Of a stretch of DNA of 64,000 nucleotides, positions 48,751 through 60,482 are shown piece after piece. The notes beneath the pieces are model-generated. The model was not told the origin of the DNA. It was given only the letters and a program-made list of their open reading frames with translations, and searched no databases. The position numbers were made by a program, and so were the translations under genes. Positions within the stretch are counted from its first letter, which is position 1, and each line of letters opens with the position of its first letter. Source of the stretch: Mytilus californianus (taxonomy: Eukaryota); the NCBI RefSeq assembly GCF_021869535.1, contig NW_026262712.1, positions 70,556,001-70,620,000 on the forward strand. The letters are read 5' to 3'.

Positions 48751-50561
48751 GTGATTTCTGCAAGCATCTATGAATAATGTCTTTGTGGTCATGCAGTCTT
48801 CTGACATTGTCAAACAAAATCATTTGCTATACGAATAGCGACTTGTGCACAGTGGTAACGCCTGGCATGCACCCACATTCTGTTCTGTAACAAAACTGGC
48901 TAGTGTCATTATTAAACATTACTAGAAAACTGACTGGTCCAAGACGTTGAAATAGCTATCATACATCTGTTCTTGTGGGTTACAGCGAATACAATAGTTT
49001 TATGAATTTCCTGCAAGATAAAATGGACACAAAGAATTAAAAAGATATATAACACAAATGATTTATACTACAGAATAGCATTCCAAACCCTGACTTATCC
49101 CGAAACATGTGTTAACCAAACTTGCTTAAAAGTGTCTTAATACCAGCATCAGATATTGAGCCTTTACAACAGACTTAACCAAACACATGCTTGGTTTAGA
49201 CATGTTTAACTTATTTTGAATTAAAAACCCTTCTTTGCAATCGTATCTTCGTGTAAATTAGGACAAATGTTTTGAAAATCAAGTACATTAGACAATATTG
49301 CAAGCATAAACTTTTATAGGTTACTATACGGTTTTTGTTTCTCACATCGTTGAAGGCTTTATCTGCTTGTTAGATAGCTGTTGCGTTCGCAATCTTACAA
49401 CATCTTCTAATTATCAAGAAATTTTGAGTATATCAAATATATTTATTCGAAATAGTGACCAGAATGACCTGGATGTATATAAAAGTAAAGTAGCATCATG
49501 TTTTTCATGTACGTGATTTTATATATTAAAGGATATTAATTATTCTTTTTAAGAAATTTGCTAATTTCTAAAAGGCTTTAAACACAAATGCCTTATATAT
49601 ATTTTATATAGATCGTAAAATGCACTGTTTGCATGACAATCTTCAGGAAAGTACCCAAATATAAACTTAATATTTACTAATTAAACTTCACTCATTAAAC
49701 ATAGTCTGATCGCTCCGTTATCGCAGTAGATATCTATTCAGACATGCTCGTGTACTATTGATCGAACATCGAAAGAACACAAAGTATTTAACATTAGTAG
49801 CAGTGACAACCATTACTTGGATTGTCTGCTAGAATGTTTACACTACGTCAAAATGTCATTTGCATATTATCCCAAAAATGCCTTTCTTTCAACAGGTCTC
49901 CACAAACTTTACATTTGTCACTATTTAATGTCCATTGTTTCTGAAAAATAAAAGATCTCCTAGATTTACATTTATCTAAACAATAATGTATGCATTGTCT
50001 GACAGATTGGCACGCTTATTTCAATTTATCACTGTCAAGCTGCTGACTAAATATGAAGTCTTTCTGTGAAGTAATTTCTTAAAAATATATATCGAAATAT
50101 TTCGTATCACATTACTAAGGTTTAAAGTTGCCCATTATTAACGATTACTATTTAGAATATAGACCTAAATAAAAGACTTTAATCTTTTGAAATAATTGTA
50201 TTTTGTGTCAACCTTTTTCTGAAATGTATCATAAGCTTATTATTAAGTAACACTTGTTTTTATTATGTCTCACCTAAACTCTTAAACAGAGTTGATGAAC
50301 TACCTATCACAAACACATTTCTGATTTAAAGAAATATCTACATTCAACGTAAACCCGGTCTATATCTCTTTTACCTATTTTTAAATCTTTTATAATTCTG
50401 AAAAAACAATATGTGAAAAATTATTTACATAGAAGTTACCATATAATTATTGGTTTTAGATGTTACTCTTAGAATGTTGTATCTAGTCCGCCACATCGTA
50501 GATCTTCCGTGTCCAAAACAGACGCAATTAATGCTTAAAGTACTATGATTTGCACCAGCAT
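48751..50561 (-). pseudogene. LPMO copy C, heavily decayed pseudogene (paralogue of A)
   Basis: Exon remnants at about 50561-50429 (MLVQIIVL*ALIASVL, frameshift, HGR, 21-bp deletion, STMWR), 49940-49600 (KQWTLNSDKCKVCGDL...VTATNVKYF, His to Asn) and 49010-48751 (GNS...PQEQ...CQALPLCTSRYSY...DACRNH). Splice acceptors are still recognisable. Confidence 0.88.
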
Positions 50562-52779
50562 ATTTTGTTTTTCTGCAAAAAAGTAATATCAATGAATTCC
50601 ATTTTCCACATTTCTGTCATTTCTCTCCTCTGTTGTGTATTCAAGATAATAAGCATTTGCACAATGTTCTTTTGTTTTTAAGTATACACGTCTTTTAAAT
50701 ATAGCTACTTGTTTCGTGTTAAAAGTCGGATGCTATATAACTTGAAAAAAGTAAATAAAAACTATTGGTGTGCATCAGAAAAGTGTATAAGTTTACTTAC
50801 TGTTTTGAAAGAGTTATATATCAAAGTGTTTCTGTTTGTAAACAATGCGCCATGTGCTTCTGCATTTCGTTTTGTGAAAGTAAGTAACGTATATTTAAGA
50901 TAATACGTGGTATATGATGATTGATTAGTTTGCTTGTAGGTAGTGCATACCTTCATCTCTTTGAAACATACTTATATTAGAATATATAATTGATTGCACT
51001 TCGCTAGTAATCAGGGCATATTACGTCTATTAGTAGGTGAGATTAATCTCCAGTCCTAGTGATAATGTATATGATGTTGCATGGTGTGTGTGAGATGGAA
51101 TTATTTCCGTTCTTTATCCTATATAACATTAGACATAAAGAATTTCGATTACCGTGGAAAAGAAAAGATCATCAATGAGGGGGTGAATCTTCAAAACTCA
51201 TTTAATAACCCATATTAAATGAGTGTTAAAGATTTTCTCCCGTATTGATTTTTAGCACATCATAAAAAAAGAAGAAAAAATGTGAAGTTAAAAAAAAACA
51301 ACCAATACGAAAGAGGCTAAAATCTCCAAAAATAGTCGACTCAGGAAATAATATATAAGTTTGGAAATAAAAAAAAATGTATGTTTAGCTCACGGTACAC
51401 AAAATGATTAAACACAACTTTGTATTACGTTTTGCAATACATCTTCCTCATAAACATAATAGAAAAATGTACTCTCATAATTTTGTAATTATACTATATA
51501 TGTTCATCTTTAATATATTATTGATATTTTAACCAAACATCTTAATACTCTATGTATGTTGAAAAGCTGCAATGGTTTCTGTATACAATCCGTTCACATT
51601 TCTATTTAGTTTGACGTTGAATGAAGAATAGTCTAGATGACAAATATAGGAATTACACATACTTAAAAAGTAAAATCATTGAAAATCTATAGATTGACAA
51701 CATTAACCACCTAAACAAACCAAACGACCAAATAAGTACTGGAAGACTTTCAAAATTGTTTCATTTAACATATTAAACGTTCACACAAAAAATTCCGTAT
51801 TGTATTAGAGACTATAAAACGCATGCAATATTTTATCTAGGAGGATAGGAACTATATTTCATTTTGGTGATCTGATCAGGATTAGAAAGTACATCAGATA
51901 AATACAAAGCATGGACAAAATTACGATTATTTATCTCTTCAATTCTGTTTTCCTGTAATACATGGCAAGACAATTTCCTCTTGAAATTTGTCTGGATTTG
52001 TTAAAAAGAAAAAAATCTACTTGATTTTCACAATGAAAGACAAGATTATGTATAAGACATCTCCATTATGTGCTATGATTTATGTCGTAAAATAAAACGG
52101 TAGCAAAATCTAAGAAAATATCCGATTAATACCTTTCAAATTACTTATTGATAGCATTTAATTTGCATAGAATTTTGTTTCATTATTCTGCACAGAAAAA
52201 CCCTTTCCAATGTTATTTTGCTATTCTTTTTTAAACACCACAAATGCGTAAGTTGTATTAATCTTCCAATCTGGTGCAATAAAATTAAAACACTCAGTTA
52301 ATGTTTTTTTTCAAATATAGATAATGTTAAATGCATATTTGCAAGAGAAAAAGACATACAAAAAGAGAAATTCAACTCTTAAAATCTGCAATGTACTTGA
52401 TTGACCGAATAGGACATTAAAAAGGCAACCAAAATATTACCAAGTTGACTTCTTAAAAAAAATCATATAAGAACATAAACAAGAAGATGTACGCTGTAAC
52501 CTCCAAATCGATGACTAGTACTTGCCAATATTATCTTATCTGGGAAACTGAGGAAACGTTGCTCTGTTGTGATGCTACCTGGTTTTAGAAGTAGATTATA
52601 CGACAAAAAGGAATAATTATCCAGTATTCTATACTATATGTACTTAACTCTTAATCATAACCAAACAATCTACTATAAGTACAGGTAAGTGTGTACATTG
52701 GTTTTGTTTTTATCAAAACATCCAATATAAGTAATGCAAAAATAATAATTAAACATGGCTTTCCTGTATTCCTTCATAG

Positions 52780-52950
52780 CAAATACAAACAAGCGATTGG
52801 GATATTTTGATTGAGTGTGTATTCGCCAGTCGGGTGATTGCATTTTACTAGGGGACGCTTGGTAGACATTCCATAAGTTTGACGGTTCCATTCACGAATT
52901 GGTTGACCGATACGATGTGCCAAACTCAAATCACTAGCGACATGTTTGTG
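52780..52950 (+). mobile_element. Degenerate fragment of a retroelement RT C-terminus (Penelope-like, from recall)
   Basis: One frame reads TFHKFDGSIHELVDRYDVP, resembling the ...KFYGRHHELVDRY... motif of such elements. Assignment from memory, not searched. Confidence 0.4.
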
Positions 52951-53474
52951 CGGTCTTAGATCTTAGATCTTTAGATCCCAGTCATCTAATTTGTAAATTT
53001 AACCATTGTTTAAAATTCCCATGATATATATATAAATATTGTGACTAAGTATGATTTCGCATGGCCAGTAAAGCATACATTACAGGAGACGCTTAATCTG
53101 TCGAATCACCCTTTTTGGGTTCGTTTATTTCCCTCAGTTTTTGTTTTTATCTTGATTTGTATCTCTTTGATGGATTTATGACATTTGAAGATCGGTAAAC
53201 TACTATTTGTGCTTATTCACAACATTTCACCAAGTAGCATATTAAAATACCTCTGATTTGTTCGGTTTGTTACAAGTATTGAGAAATATGACGGCTTGGT
53301 TTGGTGTAGACTGTATCTTAATTCTAAAAAGTTGGGTGCATTTTCGATTATAAGTATGGATGTGTATTTATAAAATACATTTTGATCGAAAAACTTAACA
53401 GATTTTTGGCACACAACTTTCTATATTAACTACAAATGTTGCCTTCATTAGTAAAATTCGCGAACATGCATATA

Positions 53475-54255
53475 GAAAAAAAACCCATAAAAACCCCGCC
53501 ACATTCTATATGTGCCTGTCCCAAGCCAGGAGCCTGTTATTGAGTGGTTGTCGTTTTTTGCTGTTTCTCATAATTGTTTTTTGTTTATTGTTTAGAATAG
53601 TTTGTTCTTAGGTTTTGCCGTTACACCCCTGTCCCTGTTAAAGGGGAGGGTTTGGTGCCAACAAACTGTTTTAACCCTGCCATATTCAGTATGTGCCTGT
53701 CCAAAGTCAGGAGCATATTATTCAGTGGTTGTCAGTTGTTGCTGTGTTACATACTTGTTTTTCGTTCATTATTTTCTACATAAATCAGGCCGTTAGTTTT
53801 CTCGTTTGAATTGTTTTACATTTGTCATTTCGGGGCCTTTAATAGCTGACTATGCTGTATGGGCTTGGCTTATTGTTGCCTATAGTTAATTTCTGTGTCA
53901 ATTGGTCTCTTGTGGAGATTTGTCTCATTGGCAATCATACCATATAAAGATATAAGGAGATGTGGTATGAGTGCCAATGAGACAACTCTCCATCCAAGTA
54001 AAAATTTATAAAAGTAAACCATTATAGGTCAAAGTACGGTCTTCAACACGACGCCTTGGCTCACACCGAACAGAAAGCTATAAAGGGCCCCAAAAATTAC
54101 TAGTGTAAAACCATTCAAACCGGAAAACCAACGGTCTAATCTATATAAAAAACGAGAAACGAGAAACACTTATGAACCACATCAACAAACGACAACTACT
54201 GAACATCAGATTCCTGACTAAGGACAGGTGCAAACAATTGCAGCGGGTTTAAACA
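53475..54255. mobile_element. Two R2-related repeats back to back: (-) 53475-53945 and (+) about 53955-54255
   Basis: Their heads form an inverted pair ttgtctcattggcaatcatacca...tggtatgagtgccaatgagacaa separated by about 20 nt. Confidence 0.8.
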
Positions 54256-54396
54256 TGTCTTCTTTCTATATTTACAGGTATTACTAAAACAGTCAATATT
54301 GGATACTTTCCATGAAAAACTTTACACGAAAGTTTTGATATGATTACATAATTATTGCACTAGAAATTATCATTTCAATAGAACATGTTCCAAATA

Positions 54397-55620
54397 AACT
54401 CATCATAGATGCCAGGAATGAAATATTGTATTTGCGACAGAAGACGCGTGTTTCGTCTACAAAAGACTCATCAGTGACGCTTGAATTAAATAAAGGTTAA
54501 AAAGGCCAAATAAAGTACGAAGTTGGAGAGCATTGAGGACCAAAAAATCCTAAACGTTTTGCCAAATACAGCTAAGGTAATATATTCCTGAAGTAGACTG
54601 ACAGTCTATCATCTTTATAGTTCTTCAGTAGTGTACCTTGCAAATGATTTGTACCGAACAGATAGTCCATCAGCAACAGCACCGACCCAATGATTTACCG
54701 AATTAAATGGCCACCAGAAGTGGTACTGACCCATTGTATACCGATCTGAATATCCAGATGCAATGATACTGAACAATGTTAGATTGATCATACATCGATT
54801 ATAGCGATTACTACATGTTGTTCTGAAATGATTTTCATCAGTTGCAGTAGAGATTAAAACTTTAGACAGCAATTCATTAAAAAATCAATTTCAAGATTTA
54901 AAAAACCAAATTGACCTTTACAGATAAATAAAGGCAACAGTAGTATACCGCTGTTCGAAATTCATAAATCGATTGAGAAAAAAACAAATCCGGGTTACAA
55001 ACTAAAACTGAGGGAAACACATCAAATATAAGAGGAGAACTACTACACAACAGAAACACAACATTAAAATGTAACACACACAGAAACGAACTATAATATA
55101 ACAATGGCCATTTTCCTGACTTGGTACAGGACATTTTAAGAAAAAAAGTGGTGGGTTGAACCTGGTTTTGTGGCTAGCCAAACCTCCCGCTTTTATGGCA
55201 ATGTTAAATATAACATGAAAATGACAACATTACATGGCAGGACTACAATACAAATAAATGGGAGAACATATAGGACAGAGAAACATACGAATAATATGCT
55301 AACAAAAGTTACCAGGTTTAAAATTTAATAGGCAAGACGCGCGTTTCGTCCACACAAGACTAACCAGTGACGCTCAGATCAAAACAGTTCGAAAGCCAAA
55401 ACAAGTTCAAAGTTGGAGAACATTGAGGACCAAAAGTTCCAAAAAATTGTGCCAAATACGGTATAAGTATATATGTCTGGGATAAGAAAATCCTTCGTAT
55501 TTAGAATAATTCATACTTTTGCAAACAGTAAATTATGAAAATGACTATATAATAGATATACATGATAACACCGATGTGGTGACCTACTACAGAATAAAAA
55601 CGGATACATAAAACAACATA
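54397..55620. mobile_element. Cluster of R3/R4-related modular repeats (54397-54600 and 54925-55620) surrounding a non-repeat island
   Basis: Shared modules gacgcg(c/t)gtttcgtc.ac...cagtgacgct, gttggaga.cattgaggaccaaaa, cctgacttggtacagg and gaacctggtttt..ctaaacct. Confidence 0.7.
54615..54872 (-). other. Orphan 85-codon open frame with protein-like composition; possible exon of an unidentified gene
   Basis: ATDENHFRTTCSNRYNRCMINLTLFSIIASGYSDRYTMGQYHFWWPFNSVNHWVGAVADGLSVRYKSFARYTTEEL*. Less AT-rich than its surroundings; no family recognised. Confidence 0.3.
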
Positions 55621-57263
55621 AACCAGCACATAAAAATTCACAGCCGAGTTAGCCAAAGAGATCAACGCAAAAAAAAATGACGTCACATTTGAATTTCTGA
55701 AATGTCCCCAAAATAGGATAGAATTAGGATATAATTCAAGTTTAGGTTTGTAATACTCATATAACATTTATTGGAAACAATGAAAATTACAATACTAATT
55801 AATATAAAACTGTGGTAGTAATTAGATAATTAATTGTATTATCTAGCTATGTCGATGTTTCTTCTAATCAAACTGTAAACCAAATATATCGTATAAATTT
55901 AGTTGACCCAAACTAAAATCTAATAAATGAACTGGGTGATTAATTATCTTTACCATAACACACGAATACAACAGAAAATAATAAGATTTACAACTACAAA
56001 CGATAAGACATTCGACAAAATCCGATGAGAATAACAAATATAACATCAAAACTAAATCATGAATTTTGGATAGAAAAGTACCGGTTTAATGTTATCTTTG
56101 GCGTATAGAGTTGAAGCGATACTTAGAATACAATTGCATATTAAATAAATTAATTTCTAGACAAAATGAATATGTATCAATCAGTAATATCAGTAGTTAA
56201 AACATTAAGTACCGATTGTATGGTATAATTGGGTAAAAGTAGTCCACCAGGAATAGTTCTGAATAAGTGGTAGAAATTTTATGAACTGCAAATGTTCAGA
56301 TAAAATGCATCATTTCAATGATTGATAGTATATAGGAGAATTATGAGCATGGCAGATGGTATCCCCATGGAGCGAAATAACAAACTTAGTGGAAGCATGT
56401 TAAGCTGCAGGAATGGTAGTACTAGTCAAGTATATGTATCAAGTGTATAGTAAATGGTTGTTTCAGAGAAGGATAGCATCAACCTGGTGGTAGTTTGATT
56501 GAATTTCCATCACCATTTCCCCAAAAATTAAAGGCTTGCCAACAATTTTGAAGTTGAAAGGAAGAGATGAAAAAACGGTAGGAACCAAACAAAGCAAGAA
56601 ACCCCATTTAGTGTCAATTTTGCAAGATGGATTATTATGTTTGAAATTCGTCCTTTGAAAAATTGATTCATCACTTTATGTCGATTGTTAAGCCATATTT
56701 CTTTATATGTGTAAATTGATAATGATTAATCGAACAACGAGAAACCGCTTCGATCTTATTATTACTAAGAATATTGGACTAAGGACTTTGTACCCCAGGA
56801 ATGGGTTATTAGGCAGAACATTACGGACATTTGGGTCCTCAACGCTCTTCAACTTCGTACCTTATTGGGTCTTTTTGACCTTAACTTCGAGCGTCATCGA
56901 TAAGTCTTTTTTAGACAAACAGCGAGTCTGGTGAAGAAAATTTAAATCCTTGTAGGCATAATGAGTTTAATAAATTAATTAATAAAGCTGACTTAATGTA
57001 AATGATAAACGCAATATTCATAACAATGTACGGTATATGAACCACGTAAATGTTTGTTATTTTTCTTAACCTTTTGCGTATTTCTTCAAACGGAAAACAA
57101 TGCAAGTCAAAAATATGGAGGCGAACAAACGTCATAAACGTGATGGTCATCGGCTGGTAATTCCCTTTTTAAACATAGCCAGATTATCAAATGTACAGGC
57201 ATTGGTCACTTATCATCATTCAATAAACATTCGAATTATTACATACGAATCATCCGTATGTTG

Positions 57264-57410
57264 CGAAGAGATTAAAGAATGTGTTATCTAAATGTAAACT
57301 TACTAATCCTAGTGTATTCATTGTAATAATCGTCACTTCTCCTATAAATATGAAAGCACATGTAAAATTGTATACAAACAAAAGCACGTGGAGAAACAAC
57401 TTCAAAATAG
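57264..57410 (+). promoter_or_regulatory. Putative promoter and non-coding first exon of LPMO D
   Basis: cgaagagattaaag (57264), TTATCTaaatGTAAACT, TATAAATA (57343-57350), gaaagcacatg...tatacaaaca, donor GTAAG at 57411. Confidence 0.72.
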
Positions 57411-57873
57411 GTAAGAAATATTAGTTTATTTTCGCCGTAGCTAAATGTATAGACATATACATTTTTTTGTCATAATACTTGGTGACTTTATATATGATAT
57501 AAATGTTTTGATGTAAATTCTTAAGATTTTGCCAGCATCAATCACATGAAAATGTTATATTTGAGTGGTATGTTTTGGTTGTGAAATTGAATGTAATTGC
57601 GTTATTTGGAAAATTGGTATTGCTTGGAGACGTTTATTGTCTCTGTTAAATTCATTCACATTATTTATTTAGACTCATTGATATATATTTATATATTGTA
57701 TAGACACCTATATAATGTTGAGGAGGTAGAATTTTCCATCTTCTAAACAAGTACTGCTAAATTCTCAATTGTTGAAACATCAAATATTGATATTTTACTT
57801 TACATGTATATACATTAATTATTCAATTAACAATTCTTTATAACACGTTATTTGTAATTCATAGGAAAATAAT

Positions 57874-60444
57874 ATGTTGACACAGATTATTATATTATGT
57901 ATATTTATTGCTGTGGTCTACGGGCACGGCAGACTTATATCCCCTCCTGGTAGATCCACAATGTGGCGCTATGGGTACAACACACCTAAGAATTACAACG
58001 ATAACCAGTTATCTTGTGGAGGATTCTATGTAAGTCTTCATTCACTAATAGCTTATAGTTTTAACTAAGAAATAAATCAAGGTTTCAAGTAGAATTAATG
58101 AAAATATAATGGTGTCTTGTGTGACTTGATCGTAGAGACTCAGAACTGTCATTTACATTACAAGAAGATAACAAATGTGCATCTTTTATACTAAAATATC
58201 TGTTGTATTTACTTACTGATAAATGTTTAAAATATTCATACTTATATTATGTATTTTTGGTTCGCATCACGGTGCAAATTAGTTTCATGCGATATTCACG
58301 TTATCTGGACTTAACAAATATCGGCTCTGAGAGATTGCCTCATGATTTGGCTAAAGTTCCTTTTATTAGAATCAAATATTGAATCGGGTACATGTTCAGG
58401 ACGGGAGAAGATATCAAATACGTAAATTAATGAAACAGTATGGATATTCCAGACCCGATAAACAATGAAAGCTTCATGTTCACGTAGTTTGTGAATCTAA
58501 TACTGTGCATAACTCATTAACTTTTGAGAAAGATTAAACTTGCATGTATTATATTTTTCAGAAACAATGGACACTTAATGGAGGAAAATGTGGAGTGTGT
58601 GGTGACTCATGGAACGAGGCTCGTGATAACGAGGCTGGAGGAAAATATGCAACAGGAACCATCGTTAGTCAATTTAAGACAGGACAAAGCATTCAGGTTA
58701 AAGTTCAGATAACTGCTACTCATCGTGGATACTTTGAGTTCCGTCTTTGTCCGGTTAACAATCCACATCAGCCAGCCACTCAAACCTGTTTAGATAGAAA
58801 CGTACTAAAACAACTTAATGGTCAGTCCAAGTTCTATGAACCAGGAGCAATCGGAACATATACAATTGATCTCGTTCTTCCTCAAGGTTTAACATGTTCA
58901 CAGTGTGTATTACAATGGAAATGGAATACAGGTAAGAAAACTTTACCTTATTTCTAACCTTTTAATTCTCATGAAAAATAGTTTTGAAAGATGCAAGTTC
59001 GATTTCCGGTGAAGATATTTATTTTATCTCCTCAAAATTCTCTCGCGAAAATTAAAATAAATTTCATATTGGTCTTGCTTTCTTGTGTCATCAGTATTAT
59101 TTCATAAGTATTAATTCAAAGTACATTTGAAGCATTTTTTATGCAACCTTTTTCATTAAAAGAGGGACGAAAGATACCAGAGGGACAGTCAAACTCATAG
59201 ATCGAAATCAAACTGACAACGTCATGGTCAAAAATAAAAAGACAAACAGACAAATAGTAGTACAGATGACACAACATAGAAAACTAAAGACTAAGCAACA
59301 CGAACCCCACCAAAAACTGGGGGTGATCTCAGGTGCTCCGGAAGGGTAAGCAGATCCTGCTCCCACTAGTAGCACGATTTCAGTCTGAAACGGTCATTTT
59401 GGTCTGATCATATCTTAATCGACTGGATTTACCGCTAGAGAAAAACGTCAAGACTTTTAAGAACTTTAAGACGCCGTTCCGATCGATAGTCTCATTAGGT
59501 AAATCAGTCCGTTAAGGCATGTTAAGATAAACAAGACTGAATCTTCTAGCAAGCTGTTAAGATCCGTTACGACGGTGTCAGACCAAAACAGACCAAATCT
59601 CAAAATTAACGTTCAAAATTGTCAGACCATGTTTAGATCCGTTCAGTATGCCGGTATGATACTACGAGTTACGCCCCTTCTGCTTGATAATGCATTTTAG
59701 ATTAATATATAGATTTATTAGAATTTAAAGTATATCTCTCGAATAAATAAAAAGTAATTAAAGATTAAATCCTCTGTTGATTCTTTATTTCTGTTGTTGT
59801 TTTGTTGAGGAACTAATAAATTATTCGTCTATATATGTTGCTTATTTTTTAATAATTGTTAGTTTATTTATTTATATACTTATTAAATGCAAGGACGTAT
59901 GTTAATTGTATACTTACAAAAATGTTTGCCATACATTTAACCTAAAAATGTTGTGAACTCTGTGTGAAAATGTTTTTCGTATTTGAAAATTAGTAACGGA
60001 AAATCTTAAACGTAACCTAAAAAAATAAGAAGATGTGGTATAATTGCCAATGAGACAATCCACAGAAATAAAGCGGAGGCAAATTAACACATGCGTATTT
60101 TTGTTTTATGTCAGTTGGTTTAATTCGTTTTCTGTTGATATGACCTAGTTTACTATTACCGTTGGAGCTGGGTTTTTTTTTTATTTTCGTGCGAGTTACT
60201 CTATTAAACTTGGAAAAGCTTTTATAACCATAGCTTTGTACTGTACAATATAATTTTATATTATTAAACAATAATTTATTTTACATAGTGGTGCGTCTAA
60301 ACACCACCAAGGTCGCCATAGTACATGAAGCTGATCATGATACTGCATTCAGTCTGTGTCGAGACCGTGTTAAACTATAAATAAAGTACCACCGTATAAA
60401 GATTTTCATTCAAACAATGTATCCTTATATTTATTTTCTAACCC

Positions 60445-60482
<38 letters not shown>

